This document shows, piece by piece, positions 8,922 to 17,522 of a DNA stretch of 51,899 bases (position 1 is the first letter of the stretch; each line of letters starts with the position of its first letter). The stretch is from Bacteroidota bacterium. GTDB taxonomy: Bacteria > Bacteroidota > Bacteroidia > JABEUT01. Made by a program: the position numbers and the translations under genes. The notes beneath the pieces were generated by a model that saw only the letters and a list, made by a program, of their open reading frames with translations, ran no database searches and was not told the origin of the DNA. The DNA is taken from contig JABDCH010000003.1 in assembly GCA_013288205.1 (NCBI GenBank), positions 533 through 52,431 on the forward strand, in the 5' to 3' direction.

Positions 8922-9128
8922 CTATGGTAACACTCCTCTGCTTCTCATTATTTCTTCCGCTTCTTCCCGGGTAACTTACATATCGTATCCTGGCTATAAG
9001 AGGTATATTGTTCGCACGGTATCTAAAACAGAATGGCCTAACAAAAATTCAGTATTCTCCCCAAAAGTCAATGACTGTTTTTGCGTGGCATTTTCCACCC
9101 ATTTGTATTGACTTTTTAATTGCAACAC
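8922..9128 (-). pseudogene. Decayed coding fragment with two internal stops
   Basis: One frame reads VLQLKSQYKWVENATQKQSLTFGENTEFLLGHSVLDTVRTIYLL*PGYDM*VTREEAEEIMRSRGVLP*. Part of it is homologous to 39800-39862. Confidence 0.4.
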
Positions 9129-9221
9129 TATGCACTTTTAGTGTTGCATATGTAAGTTATTATATATCAGATAATAACGGAAAAAACGTATTCCCTAATA
9201 CCGCGAAAAGTGTTGCAATTA
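9117..9221. repeat. 13-bp inverted repeat TAATTGCAACACT / AGTGTTGCAATTA with a third internal AGTGTTGCA copy
   Basis: Arms at 9117-9129 and 9209-9221; nested 10-bp hairpin arms at 9121-9130 and 9139-9148. Confidence 0.75.
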
Positions 9222-9235
9222 GCATCGGTTGAAAA

Positions 9236-9931
9236 TCACACCAAAAATTTTTGTTCCGTCAGGTCTTCATTCTTTATGGCGTTCTTCAGTTCAAAATGCC
9301 CAATGCGGGTTCGCACCAGCGAATCGAGATAGGCAGCGCTGCTAAGGGCTGTGCCATAGTCGCGGGCCAGGGCGCGTATATAAGTGCCTTTTTCGCAAAC
9401 TACCTTAAAACTAACGTGGGTATCGTCGATGCGCTTTACGTCGAACGATTCGATATTAAGAAGGCGTGGCAACATTTTTATCTCTTCACCCTGGCGGGCC
9501 GACAGATAGGCCCGTTTTCCTTTTACTCGTATAGCCGAATGGGCAGGAGGTATTTGGATTATTTCGCCAATAAATTGCTTGGTAGCCTCTTGTAGCATTT
9601 CATCTGTTATATGTTCGGTAGGAAATGTTTCGGTTACATCTGTTTCCCTGTCATACGAAGGACGAAAGCCGCCTAACGCGAAGACTCCCTCGTACTCTTT
9701 TTTCAAGTCCTGAAACTCGTCTATTCTTTTGGTGTAAGGTCCCCAGCAAATAATTAATAGCCCGCTGGCAAGCGGGTCCAACGTGCCTGCATGGCCTACT
9801 TTAAACTTGTGCCCATACTTTTTCCGCAATACCCAACGCACCCTGGCCACCACATCGAACGAGGTCCAATTGTAAGGCTTATCGAACAGTAGATAGCCTC
9901 CTATACTTAAATCCATTTCCTTGAAATCCAT
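9236..9931 (-). CDS. truB: tRNA pseudouridine(55) synthase TruB
   Basis: DKPYNWTSFDVV, KVGHAGTLDPLASGLL and CEKGTYIRALARD motifs. Confidence 0.97.
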   Translation of the reverse strand: MDFKEMDLSIGGYLLFDKPYNWTSFDVVARVRWVLRKKYGHKFKVGHAGTLDPLASGLLIICWGPYTKRIDEFQDLKKEYEGVFALGGFRPSYDRETDVTETFPTEHITDEMLQEATKQFIGEIIQIPPAHSAIRVKGKRAYLSARQGEEIKMLPRLLNIESFDVKRIDDTHVSFKVVCEKGTYIRALARDYGTALSSAAYLDSLVRTRIGHFELKNAIKNEDLTEQKFLV

Positions 9932-9941
9932 AATAAAGGCA

Positions 9942-9949
9942 CGAATATA
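9942..9949 (-). promoter_or_regulatory. -7 box variant TATATTCG upstream of truB
   Basis: Lies 10 nt upstream of the ATG. Confidence 0.5.
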
Positions 9950-10026
9950 GATACAGTATGAACCGGTTAATCAGAAAATCCGTAATTTAGTATTCCCGTG
10001 CATTAATAATCCGTTAAAAATTTGTT

Positions 10027-12243
10027 ATGAAAAAGAACAATTTTATTGCCTTGTTTGTAGTATTTATCGTGGCATTATCGTTATCTGTAAAGGCCCAAAA
10101 AGTAGATACTTTTAATATAGTAACTAACCGGGATACCATGACTTCACCGCCATTGGCTTATTATGGAGGGGGCGTTTTTCCGGCCGATACGGTTTCTTAC
10201 CGTAAAGTGTATCTCAACTTTACCCTCGGTTGCGGCGGACATTGCAGCGCGTGGGATTATACCGTTGATATTTATTTGATTGGCAAAACCATCCAGAAGG
10301 ATTCTTCATTTGCTGAACATCCCACATTCACGGTAAATGGAAACCAGCTCGATTCGGTGAAGGTAAGTAAGCAGGCAACCTACACAACCTATTTTGATAC
10401 TAATACCCATCTTACAGATTCTACTGCCAACTCAGCATACTCCATTGTGCTATATCAAAATTGTGCAAAGCCAACTACACCTACCGGTACGATACATTGT
10501 TGGGTAGCCGGATATTATAATCGTTATTTCAATAGCAAGGGAAATATAATAGATTCTATTTTTGTTAAGCCTGATACCTCTATGCATCTAGGCTTCTGTC
10601 CCTACTATGCGGTATCTTATTCGCGACCTTCTTATGAGATAGCTCGGATGATAACTCCCTATGGAGGTTATTATGCCGGCTCTTGGACAAACCCTTATCG
10701 CTTTGATGTTACTGACTTCTCTTCCCTGCTGCACGATTCTGTAGAGATCGAAGTTTTTTACAGCGGCTGGACAAGCCAGTTTACTGCCCAATGCAGTTTT
10801 GAAGTAATAACTGGTATACCCGATCATGATCCATACAAGGTGTTACACCTGTGGTCAGGTACATTCCCATATGGAAGTAATGGAAACCCGATATCCAATT
10901 ACCTTCCTACCACCACTATTAAAATAGATACGGGCGCCTATGCCACCCGCTTGCGTATCATTCAAACTGGGCATGGGGAAGATGGCAATAACTGCACCGA
11001 ATTTTGTTCCAATTACCAGTATGTATTTGTGGACAATGTACAACGCTATGGTACATTTGTGTGGCGCGAGGATTGTGGGCTGAATGCACTCTGGCATCAA
11101 AGTGGAACCTGGTTGTATGACCGGGCTAACTGGTGTCCCGGCGACTTGGTAAACCCTTATCTCGATGACCTTACCCCGTATGTACAACGTGGAAAAGCCA
11201 GCACACTTCAAATTACCATGGATCCATATACCACTCCTAACGGCGGAAGCGTTTATATATTTGGTACTACGCTGGTATATTATGGCAAGCCCAACTTTAA
11301 CCTCGATGCAGCCGTGGAAGATATTATTGCGCCTAATATGTACGCTCCTTACAGCCGGATAAACCCTGTATGCGGAAGCCCGCAGGTGGTTATTCGCAAT
11401 ACTGGAGCCACCACGCTCACCAGTCTTACATTTAATTATGGCGAAGTGGGTGGTATGCATAGTACGTATACCTGGAATGGCAATTTGCCCTTTGATGACA
11501 CTACCCTCGTATATCTGCCGCCTGTAAATTTGAAAACTGCTTCAACCAATAAGTTTGAGGTAACTATAAGTAAACCCAATGGTGGTACTGACCAATATGC
11601 CAATAACAACTATATGCAAGTACCCTATGACACAGTACCTACTTATCCTCCTACTTTTGTCATTAAATTAAGGACAAACCTGGTAGCATGGCAATATTCC
11701 TATTTTATAGAGAACGGGGATGACTCCATAATTGATACCAAATCAGTATTTAATAACTCAACTAATTATTACGATACCCTGCACCTCGCTCCCGGCTGCT
11801 ACCATTTTGAACTTGATGCTACCGGCGAACAAGGGTTATCGTTCTGGGCAAGCCCTAATAATGGCAATGGAACCCTTGCCTTTACATATGCTTCAAATGG
11901 AAGGGTATTTAATAACTTTCAAACAGATTTTGGTACTTCAGTAATCCAAAACTTTGATGTGGGTACTGTTACCGCTGCCGGAACAATGGAATATGCAATT
12001 GACTATAGGGTCTACCCTAATCCTGCCAAAAATGAAATTACGCTTGCAGGATTAGATGCATCTATGAAAGATAAAACTGTTCGCATATATTCTGCAATGG
12101 GTACACTGGTATATGAGGGCACCGTAAAAGGTGGAATTGACAAGTATGATTTGAATATTGTAGGCTTTGCTTCCGGTTTATATTGTGTGGTTATTTCAAA
12201 TACCGACGGCCAGGTGGTGAGAAAAGTCATGGTATCAAAATAG
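10027..12243 (+). CDS. Peptide-N-glycosidase F-related protein with a T9SS type-A sorting domain
   Basis: CSAWDYT, YEIARMITPYG, TGHG..CTEFC and RANWCPG motifs of PNGase F-like proteins; C-terminal VYPNPA...ASGLYCV...KVMV. Confidence 0.85.
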   Translation: MKKNNFIALFVVFIVALSLSVKAQKVDTFNIVTNRDTMTSPPLAYYGGGVFPADTVSYRKVYLNFTLGCGGHCSAWDYTVDIYLIGKTIQKDSSFAEHPTFTVNGNQLDSVKVSKQATYTTYFDTNTHLTDSTANSAYSIVLYQNCAKPTTPTGTIHCWVAGYYNRYFNSKGNIIDSIFVKPDTSMHLGFCPYYAVSYSRPSYEIARMITPYGGYYAGSWTNPYRFDVTDFSSLLHDSVEIEVFYSGWTSQFTAQCSFEVITGIPDHDPYKVLHLWSGTFPYGSNGNPISNYLPTTTIKIDTGAYATRLRIIQTGHGEDGNNCTEFCSNYQYVFVDNVQRYGTFVWREDCGLNALWHQSGTWLYDRANWCPGDLVNPYLDDLTPYVQRGKASTLQITMDPYTTPNGGSVYIFGTTLVYYGKPNFNLDAAVEDIIAPNMYAPYSRINPVCGSPQVVIRNTGATTLTSLTFNYGEVGGMHSTYTWNGNLPFDDTTLVYLPPVNLKTASTNKFEVTISKPNGGTDQYANNNYMQVPYDTVPTYPPTFVIKLRTNLVAWQYSYFIENGDDSIIDTKSVFNNSTNYYDTLHLAPGCYHFELDATGEQGLSFWASPNNGNGTLAFTYASNGRVFNNFQTDFGTSVIQNFDVGTVTAAGTMEYAIDYRVYPNPAKNEITLAGLDASMKDKTVRIYSAMGTLVYEGTVKGGIDKYDLNIVGFASGLYCVVISNTDGQVVRKVMVSK

Positions 12244-12267
12244 AATGGTCATAGTTTCAACATAGAG

Positions 12268-12561
12268 GTGGTTGTAGTATTGTCTGAAAATAATTATCAA
12301 ACGGATATATTTAAAGGCAATTACCGTCAAGAATCATGTAATGATTTTAATGTTGAAACAACTTATCAGAAAACCAAAGTGTGTGGAATTTTTTATGTTG
12401 TCCTTGGTATAGGAGGATTAACATTTTCTATATTGGCATTATGGTATAATATGGAAGCAACAATACCCACATATGGCACCATTATGACTGCGGTATTAGT
12501 GGGTACCATATCTCAGTTCATGTTAGTATATGGATATAGTAGTATAAGGCGTAATATGTGA
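12268..12561 (+). CDS. Small hypothetical membrane protein (two TM helices)
   Basis: GTG start and two hydrophobic segments. The start codon is uncertain. Confidence 0.45.
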   Translation: MVVVLSENNYQTDIFKGNYRQESCNDFNVETTYQKTKVCGIFYVVLGIGGLTFSILALWYNMEATIPTYGTIMTAVLVGTISQFMLVYGYSSIRRNM

Positions 12562-12618
12562 CTTTGAATTACTTAAAGTGCAGAATGGCAGTAGAATATC
12601 CAATAACTCAAAATAGCC

Positions 12619-12626
12619 TATCTTTG
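12619..12626 (+). promoter_or_regulatory. -7 box TATCTTTG upstream of the desaturase
   Basis: Exact match 14 nt before ATG 12641. Confidence 0.65.
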
Positions 12627-12640
12627 CGCAAATTTTCAAC

Positions 12641-13610
12641 ATGACAAAACGCCACGATTTTTTATTATACCGAAGAAAAGGATATCCACTTTGTTCGGCC
12701 TATTGAAATCATAAAGGAACATCCCGAAGTAAGAAACTTAATCGGTAAAAATCCGGGGACATTTATTGCCGTAACGGGCCTTGTGTTGTTGCAGTTTGGT
12801 ATTGCATACATGGTGAGGGTTCTACCATGGTGGGGCGCGTTAATAGTGGCTTATTTAGCAGGGGCTTTTATAGTGCATGCCTTATTTGTAATGGTGCATG
12901 AATGTGCGCATAACCTCATTTTTAAGCATAAATATTTAAACACACTGGCCGGTATTTTTGCCAATTCGGCTATGTTCTTCCCAAGTTCAGTTTCGTTTCA
13001 GCGCTATCATCTAAAGCATCATGCGCACCAGGGCATTCACGAGCTTGATGCTGACCTTCCATCGCACAAAGAGGCCAAAGTAGCCAACAACACCATATTA
13101 GGTAAAGCCCTCTGGTTGCTCTTTTATCCTATTGTTCAAACACTCCGTATTCCCCGCATGCAAGAGGTAAAGCACTTAGATAGATGGGTGCTCTTAAACT
13201 TTATAATAGTTCTGGGTGCCGATGTTGCAGTTTGGTTTTTATTTGGACCCATATCATTCGTATATATCTGTGCCTCGTTGTTCTTTTCCGTAGGCTTACA
13301 TCCACTGGGAGCCCGCTGGGTACAAGAACATTTTCTTACCACTAACGAAGTTCAGGAAACACATAGCTATTATGGCCCACTCAACATTGTAGCATTTAAT
13401 GTAGGGTATCATAATGAACATCACGATTTCCCATCCATACCCTGGAACAAACTGCCAAAGGTTAAGAAGGCCGGCGAAAAATGGTATAACGGCATAGCAT
13501 CGCACAATTCCTGGACGGCACTTTGGCTACGTTTTCTGTTTGATAAAAATATTTCCGTGTATTCACGGATGCTGCGGAAAAGACCTGAAAAGAAAGCGAA
13601 AAGCTCATAA
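12641..13610 (+). CDS. Membrane fatty-acid desaturase, sphingolipid delta-4 (DES1)-like; +1 frameshift in the T6 run at 12658-12663
   Basis: His boxes HECAH, HLKHH and HNEHH. Removing one T joins MTKRHDF to YYTEEKDIHFVRPIEIIKEHPEVRNLIGKNP, which is in frame with the track ORF 12783-13610. Confidence 0.85.
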
Positions 13611-13667
13611 GTTTTATAAACTGTATATCTTTACAGACTTTAGGAACTTTATAAATTTTATAAACGG

Positions 13668-14660
13668 TTGAATAGAATAGGCATACTGGGCGCAGGAAGC
13701 TGGGCTACTGCATTGGTTAAAATAATTTCTAATAATGCCAGCCATATTAACTGGTGGGCAAGAAAGCAGGAAACTATTGACCATATTAAAAAGTACAGGC
13801 ATAATCCAAACTATTTAAGTGATATTGAATTGCCTGTTGAAAGAATAACGCTCTATGCTAATTTAAAGGAGGCTATTGCTAATTCCGACATTTTATTAAT
13901 AGCAGTTCCTTCGGCATTTATGAGCGAATCGTTTAAAGGATTATCCAAAGACGATTTCAAAAACAAAATGATATTCTCACTCATCAAAGGCACTTTGCCG
14001 GATAAGAAAATAATGGTGAGCGAATATTTCCATAAACATTTTGATGTGCCTTTGGATTCTTTTGGGATGATAGCCGGGCCTTGCCATGCAGAAGAAGTAG
14101 CACTGGAAAAACTTTCCTATCTAACTGTTGCCTGTTCCGACCAGGAAGCAGCCGGAAAAATGGCTTCTCTGTTGAATTGCCGCTATGTTAAGGCTACCAC
14201 GTCAAAAGATATGCAGGGCATAGAATGTACAGCAGCGTTGAAAAACATTTATGCGGTTGCAAGCGGTATATGCCATGGACTTGGAGGATATGGAGATAAT
14301 TTTCAGGCGGTGCTCGTAACTAATGCCATACAGGAAATAGGCCGCTTTATTAACAAGGCTTATCCTATGTTGCGCGATACCAATTTGTCAGCTTATTTAG
14401 GTGATCTGTTAGTAACGGCGTATTCTCAGTTCAGCCGCAACCGTATGTTGGGTAGTATGGTTGGCAAAGGCTATTCGGTAAAATATGCACAAATGGAAAT
14501 GAACATGGTGGCTGAAGGTTATTATGCAGTGAAAACTATTTATACACTCAACCAGGAATATAAAGTGGAGATGCCTATATGCGATGCCGTTTACCGTATT
14601 CTCTACGAAAAAATATCACCTTCGGTTGAAATAAGACTGCTTACTGAAAAACTTGCTTAA
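13668..14660 (+). CDS. gpsA: NAD(P)H-dependent glycerol-3-phosphate dehydrogenase
   Basis: GAGSWATAL, GPCHAEEV, LKNIYAV, GDLLVTAYSQFSRNR and AEGYY motifs. Confidence 0.96.
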   Translation: MNRIGILGAGSWATALVKIISNNASHINWWARKQETIDHIKKYRHNPNYLSDIELPVERITLYANLKEAIANSDILLIAVPSAFMSESFKGLSKDDFKNKMIFSLIKGTLPDKKIMVSEYFHKHFDVPLDSFGMIAGPCHAEEVALEKLSYLTVACSDQEAAGKMASLLNCRYVKATTSKDMQGIECTAALKNIYAVASGICHGLGGYGDNFQAVLVTNAIQEIGRFINKAYPMLRDTNLSAYLGDLLVTAYSQFSRNRMLGSMVGKGYSVKYAQMEMNMVAEGYYAVKTIYTLNQEYKVEMPICDAVYRILYEKISPSVEIRLLTEKLA

Positions 14661-14681
14661 TAAACTGAGCGCTTAAAGAAT

Positions 14682-15575
14682 ATGGAAACTCTTAGCCAAT
14701 GCCCCGTTTGTCAGTCTGCTTCACTAAATGCTTTTATAGCGTGTAAAGATTATACCGTAAGTAAAGATACATTCCATATTGTGCAATGTGCTTCATGCGG
14801 ATTTCGTTTCACCAATCCCCGCCCTGAAGAAGCCGAAGCGGGGAAGTATTATCAAAGCGAAGACTATATATCTCATTCTGATACACGCAAAGGACTTATC
14901 AATAACCTGTATCACTATGCCCGTAAGTTTACCTTAAAGAAAAAACTGAAGTTAGTCACCTCGGTAAGCAGCAAACAAAAGGGCAGTTTACTTGACTTAG
15001 GCTGCGGAACGGGGGCTTTTCTGAATACCTGTAAAGAAAGTGGCTGGCAGGTACAGGGGATAGAGCCCTCTGCTGATGCCCGCGAATTTGCGCAGAAGAC
15101 ATATGGACTTACGCTAAACGATGTCAATGCCTGGGAAAAGATTACCGGCAATTCGTTGGATGTAGTTACCGCCTGGCATGTGCTGGAACATGTATACAAA
15201 CTGGAAGATGAAATACTACAGGTGAAAAGAGCTTTGAAAAGGGATGGCACTTTTGTGGTGGCATTACCTAATTGCAGTTCTGCCGATGCACAGTTTTATG
15301 GTCAGTATTGGGCAGCTTACGATGTGCCCCGCCACATCTGGCACTTTACGCCTGCCGATGTAAAACGTTTTTTTGAAAAGCAGGGATTCACCTTGCAATC
15401 AGTATTACCCATGCCCTGGGATGCTTACTATATCTGCATGCTAAGCGAAAAGTATAAAATGGGGAGTGTCAATTATGGCAGGGCATTGGTACACGGTTGG
15501 GCATCGAACATGAATGCCAAAAAGAATGGCAACACCTGGAGCAGCCAGATATATATATTAAAGCCGGTTAAATAA
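14682..15575 (+). CDS. Class I SAM-dependent methyltransferase with an N-terminal Cys (Zn) motif
   Basis: CPVC...CASCG, LLDLGCGTG, HVLEH and YDVPRH motifs. Confidence 0.9.
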   Translation: METLSQCPVCQSASLNAFIACKDYTVSKDTFHIVQCASCGFRFTNPRPEEAEAGKYYQSEDYISHSDTRKGLINNLYHYARKFTLKKKLKLVTSVSSKQKGSLLDLGCGTGAFLNTCKESGWQVQGIEPSADAREFAQKTYGLTLNDVNAWEKITGNSLDVVTAWHVLEHVYKLEDEILQVKRALKRDGTFVVALPNCSSADAQFYGQYWAAYDVPRHIWHFTPADVKRFFEKQGFTLQSVLPMPWDAYYICMLSEKYKMGSVNYGRALVHGWASNMNAKKNGNTWSSQIYILKPVK

Positions 15576-15581
15576 GCCCGC

Positions 15582-16115
15582 TTATTTATATTTCTCGTTA
15601 TAGTCTTTTATGGACTCTTCTATGATGAGTTTGGCAATTTCAGGTCCCTGAAAATCCTGTACCATCACTATTTTATGTTCCAGCTTTTTATATTCTTCAA
15701 AGAAATTTCGCAATTCGTTTATCAGGTGAGCAGGCAAATTGGCCACGTCGTTAATGTAGTTAACGCTAATGTCATTTTCTGCAACCGCAATTATTTTATC
15801 ATCGGCTTCGCCGCCATCCACCATGCGCATAACGCCTATCACCTTGGCTTCTACCAGGCACAAAGGCACTACATCAATCTGCGATAGTACAACAATATCC
15901 AGGGGGTCATGGTCTTTGCCGAGGGTTCTGGGGATAAACCCGTAATTGGCAGGATAAAACATGGCCGAATATAATACCCTGTCCAATCGTAATAGGCCCG
16001 ATTCCTTATCCAGTTCATACTTGGAATTGGTTCCTTTCGAAATTTCAATAATGGAATTTACTATATGCGGACTTTCCTTTCCGGTAGGCACTCCATGCCA
16101 GGGATGATTGCTCAT
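15582..16115 (-). CDS. ppa: Family I soluble inorganic pyrophosphatase
   Basis: [31 protein letters not shown] and FFEEYK motifs. Confidence 0.97.
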   Translation of the reverse strand: MSNHPWHGVPTGKESPHIVNSIIEISKGTNSKYELDKESGLLRLDRVLYSAMFYPANYGFIPRTLGKDHDPLDIVVLSQIDVVPLCLVEAKVIGVMRMVDGGEADDKIIAVAENDISVNYINDVANLPAHLINELRNFFEEYKKLEHKIVMVQDFQGPEIAKLIIEESIKDYNEKYK

Positions 16116-16140
16116 AATTTTGAATTCATGTTTTATTTAA

Positions 16141-16176
16141 GTAGGAGTCATCAGCCAGGTTGGCATTTCCATCGCC
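16141..16176 (-). promoter_or_regulatory. Fluoride (crcB) riboswitch-like aptamer with an apparent internal deletion
   Basis: Minus strand reads GGCGAUGG-AAAU-GCC-AACCU-GGC-UGAUGACUCCUAC. The 5' GGCGAUGG, the P2 hairpin and the 3' GCUGAUGACUCCUAC match the fluoride riboswitch. The segment equivalent to AGUUCGCC is missing. Confidence 0.65.
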
Positions 16177-16186
16177 TCTTATGCAT

Positions 16187-16194
16187 CAAAGATA
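16187..16194 (-). promoter_or_regulatory. -7 box TATCTTTG of ppa
   Basis: Exact match; places the TSS just upstream of the riboswitch-like element. Confidence 0.7.
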
Positions 16195-16233
16195 ATTAAA
16201 ACTTTATTTAATGATTCCTATCCTCCTTTTGCG

Positions 16234-16241
16234 TAATTTTG
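16234..16241 (+). promoter_or_regulatory. -7 box TAATTTTG
   Basis: Exact match upstream of 16258. Confidence 0.6.
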
Positions 16242-16257
16242 TACCATAAAACTACCT

Positions 16258-16995
16258 ATGCCATTAACCATTGGTATTACAGATTGTAAAAAATGGTCCA
16301 ACTATGAACAGTGGATCAAAAATAGTGGTGAAGATGTTGCGGTGGTTCTGCTAAAAGCCGGAGAAGGCGAAACAAGTTTTGTGAGTCATTGCGACGGCAT
16401 TATTCTTTCCGGTGGCGAAGATGTACATCCTGAGTTGTATGCCAAACCGGACTATATAACAGAATACAATCTTACAGATATAAACCTAGAAAGAGACAGG
16501 TTTGAACTAGCTGCATTGAAAGAAGCCGAAGAATGTAAAATACCCGTGCTGGGAATATGCAGAGGTTTGCAGATAGCGAATGTTTACCATAAAGGTACCT
16601 TGATTCCCGATATGGCGCAAAGTGGTAAGCAGGGCCATTCCGATGGTTCTAAAAATGATGCCACACATGGGGTTGAATTAACAGAAGATAGCAGGCTTCA
16701 TCAAATTATTGGCATAGGAAAAGGTCAAGTAAATTCACACCATCACCAGGCAGCAGATGTAATTGGGAAAGGACTTGTTGCAACCGCTTTTTCCGATGAT
16801 GGAGTAGTGGAGGCCATAGAGAAAGTAAAAAAGCATGACGATGAATTTTTTCTCTTGGTTCAGTGGCACCCCGAACGGATGGATACCAGTAACCTCTTCT
16901 CAGGAAAATTGCGGGATGCCTTTCTGAAAGCCTGCGAAGACTATAATAAATATTCAGGACTCAATCAATCTATAAGTACCACATCATCAATCTAA
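16258..16995 (+). CDS. Gamma-glutamyl-gamma-aminobutyrate hydrolase family (peptidase C26, class I glutamine amidotransferase-like)
   Basis: GIILSGGEDVHP, VLGICRGLQ (nucleophile Cys), VNSHHHQA and VQWHPE motifs. Confidence 0.93.
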   Translation: MPLTIGITDCKKWSNYEQWIKNSGEDVAVVLLKAGEGETSFVSHCDGIILSGGEDVHPELYAKPDYITEYNLTDINLERDRFELAALKEAEECKIPVLGICRGLQIANVYHKGTLIPDMAQSGKQGHSDGSKNDATHGVELTEDSRLHQIIGIGKGQVNSHHHQAADVIGKGLVATAFSDDGVVEAIEKVKKHDDEFFLLVQWHPERMDTSNLFSGKLRDAFLKACEDYNKYSGLNQSISTTSSI

Positions 16996-17000
16996 CATAC

Positions 17001-17522
17001 ATGAAAGCCAGGACACCAAAAGAAAGTTATAGCATATCTACCCAAATAGTTCTCCCTAACGATACCAACGTGCTTGGCAACCTGATGGGGGGGCGACTTT
17101 TACACTGGATGGATATTGCCGCTGCCATATCGGCACACAGGCATTGCAGTCGGGTGGTTGTTACCGCATCGGTAAACCACGTATCGTTTGAAAGGGCTAT
17201 TAAATTGGGTGATTATGTAACTATTGAAGCCAAAGTTTCACGGGCATTCAATACGTCTATGGAAGTATTTATAGATGTATATGTAGAAGAGAGCAATACC
17301 GGAAAGAAAGTAAAATCAAACGATGCTACCTATGTGTTTGTAGCGGTTGACCAACTTGGCAGGCCGATTGAAATACCCCAGCTCACTCCGGAAACAGCCG
17401 AAGAGAAAGAGCGTTATGTAACTGCCCTTAGAAGAAAACAATTAAGTTTGCTCTTATCCGGAAAATTGAAGCCACATGAGGCTCCGGAACTGAGAGAATT
17501 ATTTCTTGAAAAAGATAAATAA
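17001..17522 (+). CDS. Acyl-CoA thioesterase (hotdog fold)
   Basis: VLPNDTNVLGNLMGGRLLHWMD, VVTASV and SMEV motifs. Confidence 0.93.
   Translation: MKARTPKESYSISTQIVLPNDTNVLGNLMGGRLLHWMDIAAAISAHRHCSRVVVTASVNHVSFERAIKLGDYVTIEAKVSRAFNTSMEVFIDVYVEESNTGKKVKSNDATYVFVAVDQLGRPIEIPQLTPETAEEKERYVTALRRKQLSLLLSGKLKPHEAPELRELFLEKDK

Noticed and set aside
8922-9128. Stop-codon recoding (TAG/TAA read as Gln)
   Set aside because: TAG and TAA terminate many clear genes in this window, so the code is standard.
8875-9232. Plus-strand ORFs 8875-9111 and 9008-9232
   Set aside because: No recognisable motifs and they overlap each other. The minus-strand relic explains the region better.
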